Source: Candidatus Latescibacterota bacterium (GTDB lineage Bacteria; Latescibacterota; UBA2968; UBA8231). From it: a DNA stretch of 64,000 nucleotides. The stretch is from contig CBDCNM010000002.1 of NCBI GenBank assembly GCA_965219385.1, forward strand, positions 32,639 to 96,638, in the 5' to 3' direction. The notes below the pieces were generated by a model. It was not told where the DNA came from. It saw nothing but the letters and a program-made list of their open reading frames with translations, and did not search any database. Made by a program: the position numbers and the translations under genes. This document shows, piece after piece, positions 19,117 through 29,991 of this stretch; position 1 is the stretch's first letter, and each line of letters begins with the position of its first letter.

Positions 19117-20217
19117 TTACTCCAGGCGCAGCCGCCCCCAGCGGGTGTGGGTCACGCCCTGAGTGGTGCACCAGAAATAGGTCAGCAGGTCCCCGTCGGC
19201 CAGCAGTATCCCGCCCGGCTTGCCAAAGGCGATGAGCATGTGCTCGGCCAGAAAGTTTTCGCTTTCCGGCTCTCCGAAGGTGGCCTCGGTGCCGGCGTCG
19301 AAGACCACCACCTGGTTTTCCAGGTCGAACTTCTCAAAATCCTCGGTCAGAGCCACGTGGATGCCCTGGGGCTCGTGGCGGAAGTTGTAGATGGCGGCGA
19401 CGCGGCCATCGGGGAGAGGGATGGGGGTGCACACCTGGCCGCGCAGATTGGTGGGTCGGGGTGCGCTCCAGGTCCTGCCTTGGTCGGAAGAGAGGGTCCA
19501 GTGGTTGTTCAGGTCGTCGGAGGTCCCGTACTGGTGGGTCCAGATCAGGGTGTAGATGCGGCCGTCCGGCAACCGGGCGTTCATCTGGTCCCACCACAGA
19601 ATCTTGCCGCTGATATCGTCTGCCACCACGGTGTACTCGCCCCAGGTCTTGCCTTGGTCGGCGGAGAACACGGCTGCGGCCTTCTGGTCGGGAGGGCCTT
19701 CGCACCCCTCGGGTTTCCAGGTCTCCAGGGGGTACATCCAGCGGTCGGGAGCCAGCTGCATGAGGACGCCGGCGCCGTTCCAGGTGTACTTTTCGGGCGG
19801 CAGATCCACGGGCACCACCTGCGGGTTCGACCAGGTGCGGCCCTGGTCGGCGGACCACAGCAGCAGCATCTCCGGCCGTTCCAGGGCCTCGGATTCCGGG
19901 TCGAAGAGATTGCCCTGGCTGGTTTCGAAGCGGGTGGCGGTCATCACCAGGCGGCCGTCGGGGACGGTGCTGATCTTGGGGCCCCGGTAGGAGTAGCCGT
20001 CGCCGGGCGGGCCGTCGCCGTGGATGCTGCCCTGGTTGGTCCAGGTTTTACCATCCGCGGAGCGCAGCACCTCGATGTGGTTGTCCGCTGATCCGAGGGA
20101 CTCGCCGACGTGCTGACAGGCGATGAAGCCACCGGCCGGCAGGGGGGTGATGACCGGCATGTAGGCACCCTGGCCGGGTTGGTGGGATATGGCTCCCTGG
20201 GCGATGATCTTCAGCAT
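19117..20217 (-). CDS. BNR/Asp-box repeat glycoside hydrolase (sialidase-like)
   Basis: Four S-x-D-x-G-x-T-W boxes (SADGKTW, SADQGRTW, SADQGKTW, SSDQGRTW). Confidence 0.75.
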   Translation of the reverse strand: MLKIIAQGAISHQPGQGAYMPVITPLPAGGFIACQHVGESLGSADNHIEVLRSADGKTWTNQGSIHGDGPPGDGYSYRGPKISTVPDGRLVMTATRFETSQGNLFDPESEALERPEMLLLWSADQGRTWSNPQVVPVDLPPEKYTWNGAGVLMQLAPDRWMYPLETWKPEGCEGPPDQKAAAVFSADQGKTWGEYTVVADDISGKILWWDQMNARLPDGRIYTLIWTHQYGTSDDLNNHWTLSSDQGRTWSAPRPTNLRGQVCTPIPLPDGRVAAIYNFRHEPQGIHVALTEDFEKFDLENQVVVFDAGTEATFGEPESENFLAEHMLIAFGKPGGILLADGDLLTYFWCTTQGVTHTRWGRLRLE

Positions 20218-20481
20218 GGGGTTGTCTCCTCCAAGTTTTATGGGAAAGGCTTGCGGAGAAATTAGGCAATCGGCACGCCGGTGTAAATGATATGCTCAGT
20301 ACGCCGGTTGTCGCGCTCCGGCCCGGAGGTTAAATTAACGGTTTGTGATACGGTATATTGGTAAAGCTGTTGATGCCGCCGAGAAGGATCCGCCGCGGGA
20401 GAAGGACAATTCAACAAAGCCTTGATTGGACCGGCCTCCGGAAAATCCGGCCGCCTGCAACAACGAAAGGAAACAGAAACC

Positions 20482-21276
20482 ATGATCAAAATCGGCTCCA
20501 ACTTCCTGAGTCTGAAGGATACAAGTATCGAGGACTTCATCCAGACGGTCTACGATTTGAGACTGGATTGTGTCGACTTCCACTACCGGGCTTTCGCCTC
20601 TACGGACGCGGAGTATCTCAGCAAAATCAAGATGATGTGCCTCAGGTGCGGACTGCCGATAGGCTACATTGGTCTGAGTGGTCTGTTTGTGGGGACGGAG
20701 TCGGAGCGGCGGGAATTGGTCCAACTGTGCAGGGAAGCGCTCGACGTGGCCGCCTTCCTTGGAGCGCCGATAATCCGCATGTTCTGTGCGCCCATGCCGG
20801 AAGTGAACGGGGATGGCGATGATCCGTGGCCGGCGATGATCAGGGGTTATCAGGAGGTGGCGGATTACGCCGCCACCAAAGGCATTGCCGTGGGTTTGCA
20901 GAACCATCCTTCCACCGGCGATGAGATGTTGCGGATTCGGAGCGAGACCAAGCGGGAAAACTTCAACTTTATCATGGATACCGGTCAGTGGGTCGGCTCG
21001 CCGGGCTCTTCTCCAAGGGGGGAAACCGATCCGGACATCGACTTTTACCGCTTCATGGAGCAGACCGCGCCGCATGCTCTGTATGTGCGCACGAAGTTCT
21101 ACAGGATCGAAAGCGGCAAAGAGGAATGGCTGGACTACGATCGCATCGTGGAGATCCTGAAAAGGGTCGACTACAATGGATGTATATCCATCGTCTACGA
21201 AGGTGAGGCGGAAGACCGGGTCGAGCAGGTGCGCCTGGCCGCTAAGTACCTGCGTGAACTACTGGCCGGTCACTGA
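20482..21276 (+). CDS. sugar phosphate isomerase/epimerase (xylose-isomerase-like TIM barrel)
   Basis: ATG 20482 with AAAGGA upstream. ~265 aa with TIM-barrel isomerase-like composition. Confidence 0.7.
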   Translation: MIKIGSNFLSLKDTSIEDFIQTVYDLRLDCVDFHYRAFASTDAEYLSKIKMMCLRCGLPIGYIGLSGLFVGTESERRELVQLCREALDVAAFLGAPIIRMFCAPMPEVNGDGDDPWPAMIRGYQEVADYAATKGIAVGLQNHPSTGDEMLRIRSETKRENFNFIMDTGQWVGSPGSSPRGETDPDIDFYRFMEQTAPHALYVRTKFYRIESGKEEWLDYDRIVEILKRVDYNGCISIVYEGEAEDRVEQVRLAAKYLRELLAGH

Positions 21277-21294
21277 TTGTAAGGAGCGCAAATC

Positions 21295-22872
21295 GTGCAG
21301 GTCAAATCATCTGAGGTTCCCGTCGGGGAGCGCCAGCTCTTTCTCGATTTCGAGGACATCTCCAGCCGCGAAAACCTCAAACACACCCTCCACCAACCGC
21401 AAAAAAAAGGAGTGGTTATCGAACCCGAGGGATCGGGTATGGTCCAGACCCGCAGTGCACCTTCATGGGTTCCCGAGGACGGCTGTTTTAAAATCTGGCT
21501 CATGGGAGAAGGGGGCGTCTCGTGCGCCGAAAGTGAGGATGGCCTCAACTGGCACAGACCCATCCTCAGGTGCCGCGAGCACAGAGGTTCGCTGGAAAAC
21601 AGCTTTGTCTCCCCTTGGGGTGGCGAACAGGTAATCTACGACCCGTATGATCCTGACCCCTCCCGCAGGTACAAGAGCATGAAACTGCGCGGGGTGAGCG
21701 AGCGCATGGTCAGCCCCGCTGGGGCGCACTGGAAGCTGGTGGACAACCCCTGGAGACTCGCCTATCCGGAAGGCCATGTATTAAACGGTCCTTCCGGATA
21801 TCAGCTGAGCTGGGTGATATACGTCGAAGAGCATCCCGAGGCCGAACCCGGAGAGCGGTTTTCTGGCTGGGGCCGGTTTCAGACCCGCGATCTGACGGTG
21901 AGTGCGGACGGCATTCACTGGCGCAGGCTGGAGTGCCCTGGCTTGCCCAGCGGCGATGAAGGCAACCTGAGTCACGATTGGGCAACCGGGACCTACATCG
22001 CTACCCTGAAGGAAGGCGAGATGGGGCCGTATGGACGCTCCATCGCGCTGGCCACCAGCCAGGACTTTGAGCACTGGAGCGGCCCCAAGCTCATCTTCCA
22101 CGCAGACCAGGAGGACCAGGAACTCGCCCGCCCGGTGATCGCCGAACGCCTGGCCAATCCCAGGCTCATTCAGCCGCAGTACAACGTGCCGGCCGAATAC
22201 ATGGTGGACGTCTACAACATGGGGGTCAGTCGCTACGAGGGTCTCTATATCGGCATGGCGGCCTTCTTCTATCATACCGGCAACGTCGACGAGAATTCGG
22301 ACGGCTTTCACCACGTCCAGCTCCTCTGCAGCCGCGACCTGCACAACTGGGTGCGCCTGGGAGAACGCCAACCCTTTATTGGTCCGTCGGAAGCGGATTC
22401 CGGGGCCTATGACCTGACCCAGATCATGCCCCCCTCAAGACCTGTGTCCATCAATGGAGAGCTCTGGTTCTACTACACCGGGGCCCAGTACCGCAGTGCC
22501 CCACCGGATGCGGATGGGAACAAAGGGGCGATCCATCTGGCGACCATGCGCCGCGACGGGTTTATGTCCCTGGATGCCGGTTCCCAATTGGGCACCGTGA
22601 CCACCAACAATTTTGTCCTCAACAGTCCATGGCTCTACGTCAATGTGGATGCGGGCCAGGGTTCGCTTCTGGTCGAGGTGATTGACGGGGAGGGCGCGGT
22701 GGTAGCCCGGTCCAGAGAGATAAGAGGGGACCAGCAACGCCATCCCGTACAGTGGGAATCGGGCGATCCGCAAAACCTTGTGTACCGCCCCATACGGCTG
22801 CGCTTCAATCTACAGAACGCGGCGTTTTATTCCTACTGGTTCGACTCAGTGGGGGAAGAGCCGCTGCGGTGA
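21295..22872 (+). CDS. glycoside-hydrolase-like beta-propeller protein (family not resolved)
   Basis: 525 aa, cytoplasmic. Adjacent to sugar-isomerase and BNR genes. C-terminal …RRDGFMSL… region. Functional call is tentative. Confidence 0.45.
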   Translation: MQVKSSEVPVGERQLFLDFEDISSRENLKHTLHQPQKKGVVIEPEGSGMVQTRSAPSWVPEDGCFKIWLMGEGGVSCAESEDGLNWHRPILRCREHRGSLENSFVSPWGGEQVIYDPYDPDPSRRYKSMKLRGVSERMVSPAGAHWKLVDNPWRLAYPEGHVLNGPSGYQLSWVIYVEEHPEAEPGERFSGWGRFQTRDLTVSADGIHWRRLECPGLPSGDEGNLSHDWATGTYIATLKEGEMGPYGRSIALATSQDFEHWSGPKLIFHADQEDQELARPVIAERLANPRLIQPQYNVPAEYMVDVYNMGVSRYEGLYIGMAAFFYHTGNVDENSDGFHHVQLLCSRDLHNWVRLGERQPFIGPSEADSGAYDLTQIMPPSRPVSINGELWFYYTGAQYRSAPPDADGNKGAIHLATMRRDGFMSLDAGSQLGTVTTNNFVLNSPWLYVNVDAGQGSLLVEVIDGEGAVVARSREIRGDQQRHPVQWESGDPQNLVYRPIRLRFNLQNAAFYSYWFDSVGEEPLR

Positions 22873-23020
22873 AATTCGCGGTTGACCAGGGCTTCGGGGA
22901 TTTCCCCCGCATAATCTGTGCGGCCTGACGGAGTTGCTGATCCCAGGCGCCCATGAAGTATTCATCGGTGTGCCCCAGAGAGTGCGGCGAAACCCCGAGC
23001 GAGTGCGGATATATCGGGGA

Positions 23021-23646
23021 TCAGCTTTCCAGTTTCTCGCTCAGGTGGCGCAGCAGGTCGCGCTCGTTGAGGTGGGGAATGGATTTTTCCAGGAAGAGTG
23101 GAAGCAGCTCACGCGGTTGCAGATCCGAGGTATCGATCTCCATTTTGCGCTTGATCAGGGAGGCGGCAAACTGTTTCTGGAAGCGTTCCAGGAGCATGGG
23201 TATGTCCTCTTTTTTGATGACCTGGAAATCGTGCGGGGCGGCTCTCATGCGGGCCTGGATCACTTCGGGACGGGCCTTCAGATGCACCAGCAGGGTCCCG
23301 GGGCATCTCTATTTCGTACTCCCGGGTCTCGTGTACCTGAATGCCGGGGTAGTAGTAGAGCGGGCCGTAGATTTCTTCTTCGATGTGAAAGCCGCCCAGC
23401 AGGATGTGGTCGTAGCGGTGCAGCAAGCGGATGTGGTAGACCACCTGCAGGCGCTGGAAGCGCTCTTTGAGGACGGGCAGCAGGTCGACCATGGCCTGCT
23501 GGGCCTCGGGGTCCAGGTGATAGCGGTCGGGGATGGAAAAGTGATCGTCGAGGTGAAAATTGAGGCCCCGTTTGCGGCCCCAATCCACGAGGCCATCGAC
23601 CAGGGTGGAGACGCCGGAGTACTCACAGCCTATGGCAATTAGGCGC
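23021..23646 (-). pseudogene. AAA_28-like small ATPase homolog with degenerate P-loop, frameshifted near 23287-23300
   Basis: ATG 23646 with GGAGG upstream (MRLIAIGCEYSGVSTL…). Reading continues in a second frame (ORF 23021-23287). Frameshift may be a mutation or a sequencing error. Confidence 0.4.
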
Positions 23647-23813
23647 ATTTCAACCTCCTGTGACCATGGGTTTGGAAAAGGGTTGCACCGGGATAAATTG
23701 GCCCAGAAGGAACACGGGGGCAAGAAAAAAGGGTTTGACGGGATTTCCAGGGAGGTGATTTTTAGTATACAACTCAATAATGGAAGAATTCTTTCTATCG
23801 AAAGGTGGCTCCA

Positions 23814-24674
23814 ATGCACATGCTGCGAATCGGCTTGGCGCAGACCCGGCAAGTGGATGATTTTGAGGCCAATGCCGCGGCGATTTTTCGCTTTTTAGAG
23901 GACGCCGGAGAGCAGGGGGTGCGGATCATCTGTTTTCCCGAGGCCCAGACCGTGGGCTACCGGGTGGATATCAACCGGCCCGATGCGCCCGTCCCGGTAC
24001 AGAAGCTGGATGTCCTGCACGCCGGAGTGGCCCGGCGCTGCGGGGAATTGAGCATGGCCTGCATCCTGGGTACGGAGGTCCCTTCAAAGAGCGGGAAGCC
24101 CCACAATTCGGCCCTGGTCATCAGCGAGGCAGGTGAAATTCTCGGGGTCCACCACAAGACCAAGCTGACGCCGCTGGATGCGGTGGCTTATGCGCCCGGC
24201 CATTCCTTCGAGACCTTTGAGTTGTGCGGGGTCAAGGTCGGGGTAGTGATCTGCTTCGAGGGCTTGCGCTTTGCCCAGACCACGGAGGAGTGCGTGCGCC
24301 AGGGCGCCCGGCTGGTCTTCCATCCACAGAACAATACCACCCGGCCCCAGGATTGGAAGATCCCCATCCACCACGCCATGATCGTGACGCGGGCGGCGGA
24401 AAACACCATCTGGCTCGCCTCGTGCAATGCCTGTCTGAAGCCCCATCAAAACTCGCGCTCCTTGGTGGTGGCCCCCGATGGCCGGATCCACGCCCAGACC
24501 GAATTGAAGCAGGAGGAACTCCTGGTCGCCGATATAGACATCGACAAGGCCACCCACGCCATGTTCAGATACGACCTGGAGGCCACCGCGGAAATCTTGT
24601 TCGGCGACACCATCCAGCGCGAAGAGTTCGCAGCGGTCCTGCCGGCCGACCAGGTCACCGGAAACGCTTCCTGA
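23814..24674 (+). CDS. carbon-nitrogen hydrolase (nitrilase/amidase superfamily)
   Basis: E-K-C triad context (ICFPEAQTVGY…; …VVICFEGLRF…). Start ATG 23814 after GGTGG; GTG 23805 also possible. Confidence 0.85.
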   Translation: MHMLRIGLAQTRQVDDFEANAAAIFRFLEDAGEQGVRIICFPEAQTVGYRVDINRPDAPVPVQKLDVLHAGVARRCGELSMACILGTEVPSKSGKPHNSALVISEAGEILGVHHKTKLTPLDAVAYAPGHSFETFELCGVKVGVVICFEGLRFAQTTEECVRQGARLVFHPQNNTTRPQDWKIPIHHAMIVTRAAENTIWLASCNACLKPHQNSRSLVVAPDGRIHAQTELKQEELLVADIDIDKATHAMFRYDLEATAEILFGDTIQREEFAAVLPADQVTGNAS

Positions 24675-24689
24675 GGGGAGAATAAGCAG

Positions 24690-25553
24690 ATGGACATAGT
24701 GCTGAACTCGAAATTCTTCGCGCAACTATCCGCGTCCGAATTGGGCGAAAAAGTCAGGGAACTGGGCTACGATGGGATCGATGTCTGCGTGCGGCCGGGG
24801 CACCCGGTACACCTCGAAAATGTAGACCAGACCCTGCCCGCAGCCCACCGGATCTGGCAGGACCAGGGACTCGTCTGTCCCCTGGCTACCGCTCCCGTGG
24901 ACTTTAACGACTCGACCGCGCCCGCAGCAGAGCGGCTCTACGCAGCCTGTGCCGAGGCCGGCATAGGGCACATCAAGATAGGCTACTGGAAGTTCGAGGC
25001 ACCGGAAGATTACTGGCGCCAGCTGGAGAGCGCCCGGCAGGGGTTGGAAGGCTTTGCGCAGCTGAGCGCCCGCTACGGGGTGAAGACCTGTTACCACACC
25101 CACAGCGGTCCGTGCATCGGATCGAACTGCGCCGGCGTTATGCACCTGGTGCAGGGCCTGGATCCGCGGCAGGTGGGGATCTATCCGGACTTCGGACACA
25201 TGGCCCTGGACGGAGAGGATCCGGCCATGGGCCTGGCCATGATCCGGAACTACCTCGTCCTGGTGGGCATCAAGGACGGTTTTCACGCTCCCCAGCCCGA
25301 GGGCAGCGAGCCGCTCTATCGGCCCATGTTCACCGTGCTGGGAAAGGGCAGCGTAAACTGGCGCAGGAGCCTCAAACTCCTGGCCCAGATGGAATACGCC
25401 GGCCCCCTGGTGGTGCACACAGAGTACCGGTTTGGCGAGCACATCATCCGCCAGGTAGGGTATGCGGACAAGAGCCCGGAGAATCTGGAGGCGGCGGCCC
25501 GCCAGGACGCAGACTACCTGAAGAACCTGTTGGTGGAATTGGGAATGGTTTGA
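24690..25553 (+). CDS. sugar phosphate isomerase/epimerase (xylose-isomerase-like TIM barrel), second paralog
   Basis: 287 aa with conserved His/Asp/Glu metal-site pattern (…CYHTHSG…; …YPDFGHMAL…). Confidence 0.7.
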   Translation: MDIVLNSKFFAQLSASELGEKVRELGYDGIDVCVRPGHPVHLENVDQTLPAAHRIWQDQGLVCPLATAPVDFNDSTAPAAERLYAACAEAGIGHIKIGYWKFEAPEDYWRQLESARQGLEGFAQLSARYGVKTCYHTHSGPCIGSNCAGVMHLVQGLDPRQVGIYPDFGHMALDGEDPAMGLAMIRNYLVLVGIKDGFHAPQPEGSEPLYRPMFTVLGKGSVNWRRSLKLLAQMEYAGPLVVHTEYRFGEHIIRQVGYADKSPENLEAAARQDADYLKNLLVELGMV

Positions 25554-25621
25554 AAATGCCGGATTGCCAGAAAATCACCCAATAACCCATCACATCATCC
25601 CACCTATCGGTTTCAACATCA

Positions 25622-25656
25622 CCGGCGCCGACGTGGTCGGCGATCCGGATTTTCTT
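25622..25656 (+). terminator. Rho-independent terminator candidate downstream of 24690-25553
   Basis: CCGGCGCCGAC-GTG-GTCGGCG(AT)CCGG stem followed by ATTTTCTT. Confidence 0.5.
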
Positions 25657-25684
25657 AAACTCATCACCTTCAGAGGACGAAAAA

Positions 25685-27016
25685 ATGGCCAACCTCGCAA
25701 GTAGAAACGGCGGGCGGAAAAGCGCAAAAAAAGACTACAAGATAGCGGACATCGCCAAGGCCGGATGGGGCCGCCGGGAGATCCAACTGGCCGAAAAGGA
25801 GATGCCCGGCCTGATGGCCCTGCGCCAGGACTACGGCAAAAAGCAGCCACTCAAAGGGGCGCGCATCGCCGGTTCCCTGCACATGACCATCCAGACCGCG
25901 GTGCTGATCGAGACCCTCATAGCTTTGGGGGCCAAGGTGCGCTGGGCCTCCTGTAACATCTTTTCAACCCAGGACCACGCCGCCGCCGCTATTGCCAAAG
26001 AAGGCATCCCGGTCTTTGCCTGGAAAGGCGAGACCGAGGAGGAGTACTGGTGGTGCACCGAACAGACCTTGAGGTGGCCCGACGGCAAGGGGCCCAACAT
26101 GATCCTGGACGACGGCGGCGACCTGACCAAGTGGGTGCACGATAAGCACCCGGAGCTGCTGGAGGGCATCCGCGGGGTATCCGAGGAGACCACTACCGGG
26201 GTACACAACCTCTACCAGATGCTGGACAAGGGCGAACTCAAGATGCCGGCCATCAACGTCAACGACAGCGTGACCAAGTCCAAATTCGACAACCTCTACG
26301 GCTGCCGCGAATCCCTGCTCGACGGCATCAAGCGGGCCACGGATATCATGACCGCCGGCAAGGTGGTGGTGGTGGCCGGGTACGGGGATGTGGGCAAGGG
26401 CTCGGTGCAGTCCATGCAGAGCTACGGGGCCCGCGTCATCGTCACCGAGGTGGATCCGATCTGCGCCTTGCAGGCCGCCATGGAGGGACTGGAGGTCATG
26501 CCCATGAGCCAGGCCGTGAAGGAAGGCGATATCTTCGTGACCACCACCGGCTGCAAGGATATCATCACCATCGACCACATGGAGAAGATGAAGGACGGGG
26601 CCATCGTCTGCAACATCGGCCACTTCGACGTGGAAATTCAGGTCGAGGCCCTCAACAACTACAAAGGCATCGTCAAGGAAGAGGTCAAACCGCAGGTGGA
26701 CCAGTACACCTTCCCGGACGGCCGTTCCATCATCCTGCTGGCCGAGGGGCGTCTGGTGAACCTGGGCTGCGCCACCGGCCATCCTTCCTTTGTGATGTCG
26801 ATGTCCTTCGCCAACCAGGTCCTGGCGCAGATCGAGTTATTCAACAACCCCTACGAGATCGGGGTCTGTCGCCTGCCGAAGAAGCTGGACGAACAGGTGG
26901 CGCGGCTGCACCTCAAGAAGCTGGGGGTTCGGCTGGACCGGCTGCACAAGGACCAGGCCGATTACCTGGGAGTATCGGTGCATGGCCCCTACAAGCCGGA
27001 GCACTACAAGTACTGA
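25685..27016 (+). CDS. ahcY: adenosylhomocysteinase
   Basis: Full-length match to the SAH hydrolase family (DYKIADI…GWGRREI…; NAD-binding …[12 protein letters not shown]…). Short N-terminal Lys/Arg-rich extension. Confidence 0.95.
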   Translation: MANLASRNGGRKSAKKDYKIADIAKAGWGRREIQLAEKEMPGLMALRQDYGKKQPLKGARIAGSLHMTIQTAVLIETLIALGAKVRWASCNIFSTQDHAAAAIAKEGIPVFAWKGETEEEYWWCTEQTLRWPDGKGPNMILDDGGDLTKWVHDKHPELLEGIRGVSEETTTGVHNLYQMLDKGELKMPAINVNDSVTKSKFDNLYGCRESLLDGIKRATDIMTAGKVVVVAGYGDVGKGSVQSMQSYGARVIVTEVDPICALQAAMEGLEVMPMSQAVKEGDIFVTTTGCKDIITIDHMEKMKDGAIVCNIGHFDVEIQVEALNNYKGIVKEEVKPQVDQYTFPDGRSIILLAEGRLVNLGCATGHPSFVMSMSFANQVLAQIELFNNPYEIGVCRLPKKLDEQVARLHLKKLGVRLDRLHKDQADYLGVSVHGPYKPEHYKY

Positions 27017-27694
27017 TTAAAGATCGGCGCGGATCTCTTTGATCCAGCCGACCACATTTGCCACCTTCTGGCTGAGGGCGCCATAGTCGCCTTCGGCCAG
27101 AATTTCTTTGGTGATCAGCTTGGAGCCGACCCCCACGCAGGACACCCCGGCCTCGAACCAGGCCTGCAGACTCTCGCGGGTGGCGTCGACCCCGCCGGTG
27201 GGCATGATCCGGGTCCAGGGACAGGGCCCCAGCACGGACTTGACAAAGCTGGGGCCGCCAACCTCGCTGCCGGGGAAGACCTTGACGATCTCCACCCCCA
27301 GCTCCTCGGCCTGGGCAATCTCGCTGACGCTGCCGCACCCCGGCGAGTAGGCGATCTTGCGGCGGTTGCACAGCCGCCCCACCTCGGGGTTGAGGAGGGG
27401 GCCAACCACGAAGTTGGCGCCGCTGGAAATGTAGAGGGCGGCGGTGGGGGCATCCACTATGGAGCCCACCCCCAGGATCACGTCGAGCTTGTTGGCGATG
27501 ATGTGCTCCTGGGCCTCGACAAAGACCTTGTAGGCCAGGTCGCCGCGGTTGGTGAATTCCACCACCCGGGCGCCGCCCGCCGCGCAGGCTTGAATGACCG
27601 CGATGGCGGTCTCGACGTCCTCGTGGTAGAAGACCGGCACCAGGCCGATGTCGAATATGGCGTTGAGGACTTTCATGCGGTCGTGTTGTGCCAT
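27017..27694 (-). CDS. eda: 2-dehydro-3-deoxyphosphogluconate (KDPG)/KHG aldolase
   Basis: …LVPVFYHEDVETAIAVIQACAAGGARVVEFTNR… and …FPGSEVGGPSFVKSV…MPTGGV… typical of Eda. Start at the second Met. Confidence 0.85.
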   Translation of the reverse strand: MAQHDRMKVLNAIFDIGLVPVFYHEDVETAIAVIQACAAGGARVVEFTNRGDLAYKVFVEAQEHIIANKLDVILGVGSIVDAPTAALYISSGANFVVGPLLNPEVGRLCNRRKIAYSPGCGSVSEIAQAEELGVEIVKVFPGSEVGGPSFVKSVLGPCPWTRIMPTGGVDATRESLQAWFEAGVSCVGVGSKLITKEILAEGDYGALSQKVANVVGWIKEIRADL

Positions 27695-27770
27695 GAGAAT
27701 ACTTCTCCCTTTCCACAAACAGGTATGATGTGTCTTTCTTCATACGCAAGGTAGAACAAATCAGAGGGGG

Positions 27771-28529
27771 CTACAGGTCGAACGGAAGGGGGGTCTCCGG
27801 GAAGTTGTGATAGTGGTCTTCTCCGCGCACCACGAGGACCGGCCAGTGCTTGCCCAGGGAATTCAGCTCGGTCTGTTTGACGTAGGGCGGACTGAAGCGG
27901 GCCACCAGCCCGCAGCGCCGGCGCCGAGAGGTATTGGGGTGGCTGGCGTGGTAGATCTGGCCGTGGTGAATGGAGATCTGGCCGGCCTGCAATTCCAGGG
28001 GCACTACTTTGCTCTTGTCCACGTACTGGTCGGGGATTTCCTGGTTGATGCTGAGTAGGTTGCCGTCGTCCGCGGAGGTGCCGTGGGGCGCAATCCCGGT
28101 CTTGTGGGTGCCGGGAACGACCTGCATACAGCCGTTTTCCACGTCGCTGTCGTCCACCGCGATCCAGGCCGTGTGGGCCTCGGGAGGCTCCAGGCCCCAG
28201 TAGGTGACATCCTGGTGCCAGGCGACGTAGTGCTCGATATCCTGGGTGGGGTACTTGCAGAAGAAGTGGGTGGAGAGCAGCAGGAGATCCGCGCCGATCA
28301 CGCTTTCCATGACGTCGAGGATCCTGGAGTCCGTGGCCATCTTCCAGATGAATTCCTCCTCGAAGTGCCAGCTTTGCAGACCGATCTGGCACTTTTCCCT
28401 GCCTTCGCGTTCTTCCAGGACATCAAAGAGCCGGCGGAAGTGCGCAATTTCATCCTGATCAAAGACATCGATGGGGGTCAGGTAGCCGTCCTGATCATAA
28501 GTCTGGGCCGCATCCTCTAGAACCATCAT
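27771..28529 (-). CDS. phytanoyl-CoA dioxygenase (PhyH) family Fe(II)/2-oxoglutarate oxygenase
   Basis: …WHQDVTYW… H-x-D motif and a distal His. Confidence 0.75.
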   Translation of the reverse strand: MMVLEDAAQTYDQDGYLTPIDVFDQDEIAHFRRLFDVLEEREGREKCQIGLQSWHFEEEFIWKMATDSRILDVMESVIGADLLLLSTHFFCKYPTQDIEHYVAWHQDVTYWGLEPPEAHTAWIAVDDSDVENGCMQVVPGTHKTGIAPHGTSADDGNLLSINQEIPDQYVDKSKVVPLELQAGQISIHHGQIYHASHPNTSRRRRCGLVARFSPPYVKQTELNSLGKHWPVLVVRGEDHYHNFPETPLPFDL

Positions 28530-28709
28530 GGGGACCTTCTCCTGTTTCCTGGAGGTAGAGCAGGAAAAGTGTACGGGTGTGGTAGCATATTGTCAAGCCG
28601 GGGCGTATGGAACCTATTGCAATTGCCCAAGGTTGTATCATATATTAATTTTTACAATTGATTGGCTTTCCCGCCGTTTGTTTGGACGGGTAAATCCTTG
28701 TGAATTCAC

Positions 28710-29954
28710 ATGACAGATATACAGATCAATGAAGACCTCTTCAAAGGGGTCGATTATTTCGCCACTCAGGAACGACGACGAGAACTGGTGAAATTTTTCC
28801 AGTTCGAGCGCCGGCGGGTCATCCTGGGGGAAGGCGCCCTGGATACCCTGGGCGCGGAATGCCGGGGCCTGGAAGCCCAAAAGGTCCTGCTGGTGAGGGA
28901 TCCCGGCGTGGTTGCCCTGGAGGGCTTGGTGCGCACGGTGCTGGAGAGGGAGGGGATCGAGGTAGTCGGGTTGTACGAAGGAATTATTCCCAATCCTTCG
29001 GTGGAGAGCGTGGACCGATTTGCCGATTTTATCAAGGGAGTGGAGTGCGACGCGGTCATTGCTCTGGGCGGAGGCAGCACCCTGGATACCGTCAAGACCG
29101 GGCTGTGCGCGTCCACGGCCGGCGGCTCCATCGCCGACTATTTCGGCTTTGACCTGTTCCAGGAGCCGGCGCGCTGGCCCCTGATCGGTATCCCTACCAC
29201 CGCGGGCACGGGCGCCGAGGTCAGCCGGGTCTCGGTGGTGGCGGACGAGGGCGGCAAGCAGGCGGTGTACAGCGACTACCTGACCCCGAAAGTGGCCCTG
29301 GTGGACCCACGGTTGAGTCGGGATCTGCCGTCGGTGCTGACCGCCACCACGGGACTGGACGCCCTGGGCCACGCCCTGGAGTGCACGGCCTCGCAAAAGA
29401 GCAATGCCCTGGGAGATGCGGTGGCGCGCGAAGCCCTCCGGGTCGGCTGTCCCGGCCTGGTGCGGGCCATAACAGAGGGGGCCCGGGACCCGGAGGCGCG
29501 CTACCGGATGGCGCGCTGCAGCCTGCTGGCCGGGCTGTTGCTGAGCCCGATCAACACCGGGGCGGCGCACGCCCTGGGCTACGGGATCGAGAAGCTCTCG
29601 CACGAGGCGGGTAAGCCAGTGCCGCACGGCACGGCCGTGGGCCTGGTTTTGCCCGGTGTGATGCAGCACAACATGCCGGCCGCGGCCGACAAGTATTATT
29701 ATGCGGCAGGTGTCGCCGGCCAGGACCTGGCCGGTAAAAGCCGCGAGGAGGGGATCGTCCTGGCCGCGAACTGGGTGGACCAGCTGCGGCGCCGGCATAC
29801 CCCCTATGGCTCGCTGGCGGATGCCGGGCTGGGCGCGGCGGACATACCGCGGATGGTAGAGGTCGGCCTGAGCATACGGCGGTTGATGGATCATAACCCG
29901 GTGGAGGTGAAGGCACAGGACGCGGAGCGGATCTATCGGGGGGTGCTCGAATAG
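28710..29954 (+). CDS. iron-containing alcohol dehydrogenase
   Basis: …AVIALGGGSTLDTVK… NAD-binding motif. Metal-binding His cluster. Confidence 0.85.
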   Translation: MTDIQINEDLFKGVDYFATQERRRELVKFFQFERRRVILGEGALDTLGAECRGLEAQKVLLVRDPGVVALEGLVRTVLEREGIEVVGLYEGIIPNPSVESVDRFADFIKGVECDAVIALGGGSTLDTVKTGLCASTAGGSIADYFGFDLFQEPARWPLIGIPTTAGTGAEVSRVSVVADEGGKQAVYSDYLTPKVALVDPRLSRDLPSVLTATTGLDALGHALECTASQKSNALGDAVAREALRVGCPGLVRAITEGARDPEARYRMARCSLLAGLLLSPINTGAAHALGYGIEKLSHEAGKPVPHGTAVGLVLPGVMQHNMPAAADKYYYAAGVAGQDLAGKSREEGIVLAANWVDQLRRRHTPYGSLADAGLGAADIPRMVEVGLSIRRLMDHNPVEVKAQDAERIYRGVLE

Positions 29955-29991
29955 CAGGGATTCAAAACAGAAGAGATGCTTTGGAGCTTAC

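Noticed and set aside
25554-25684. Possible SAH riboswitch in the ahcY leader
   Set aside because: No SAH-element consensus is recognisable. The only strong structure is a GC hairpin plus T-tract that fits a terminator for the upstream gene.
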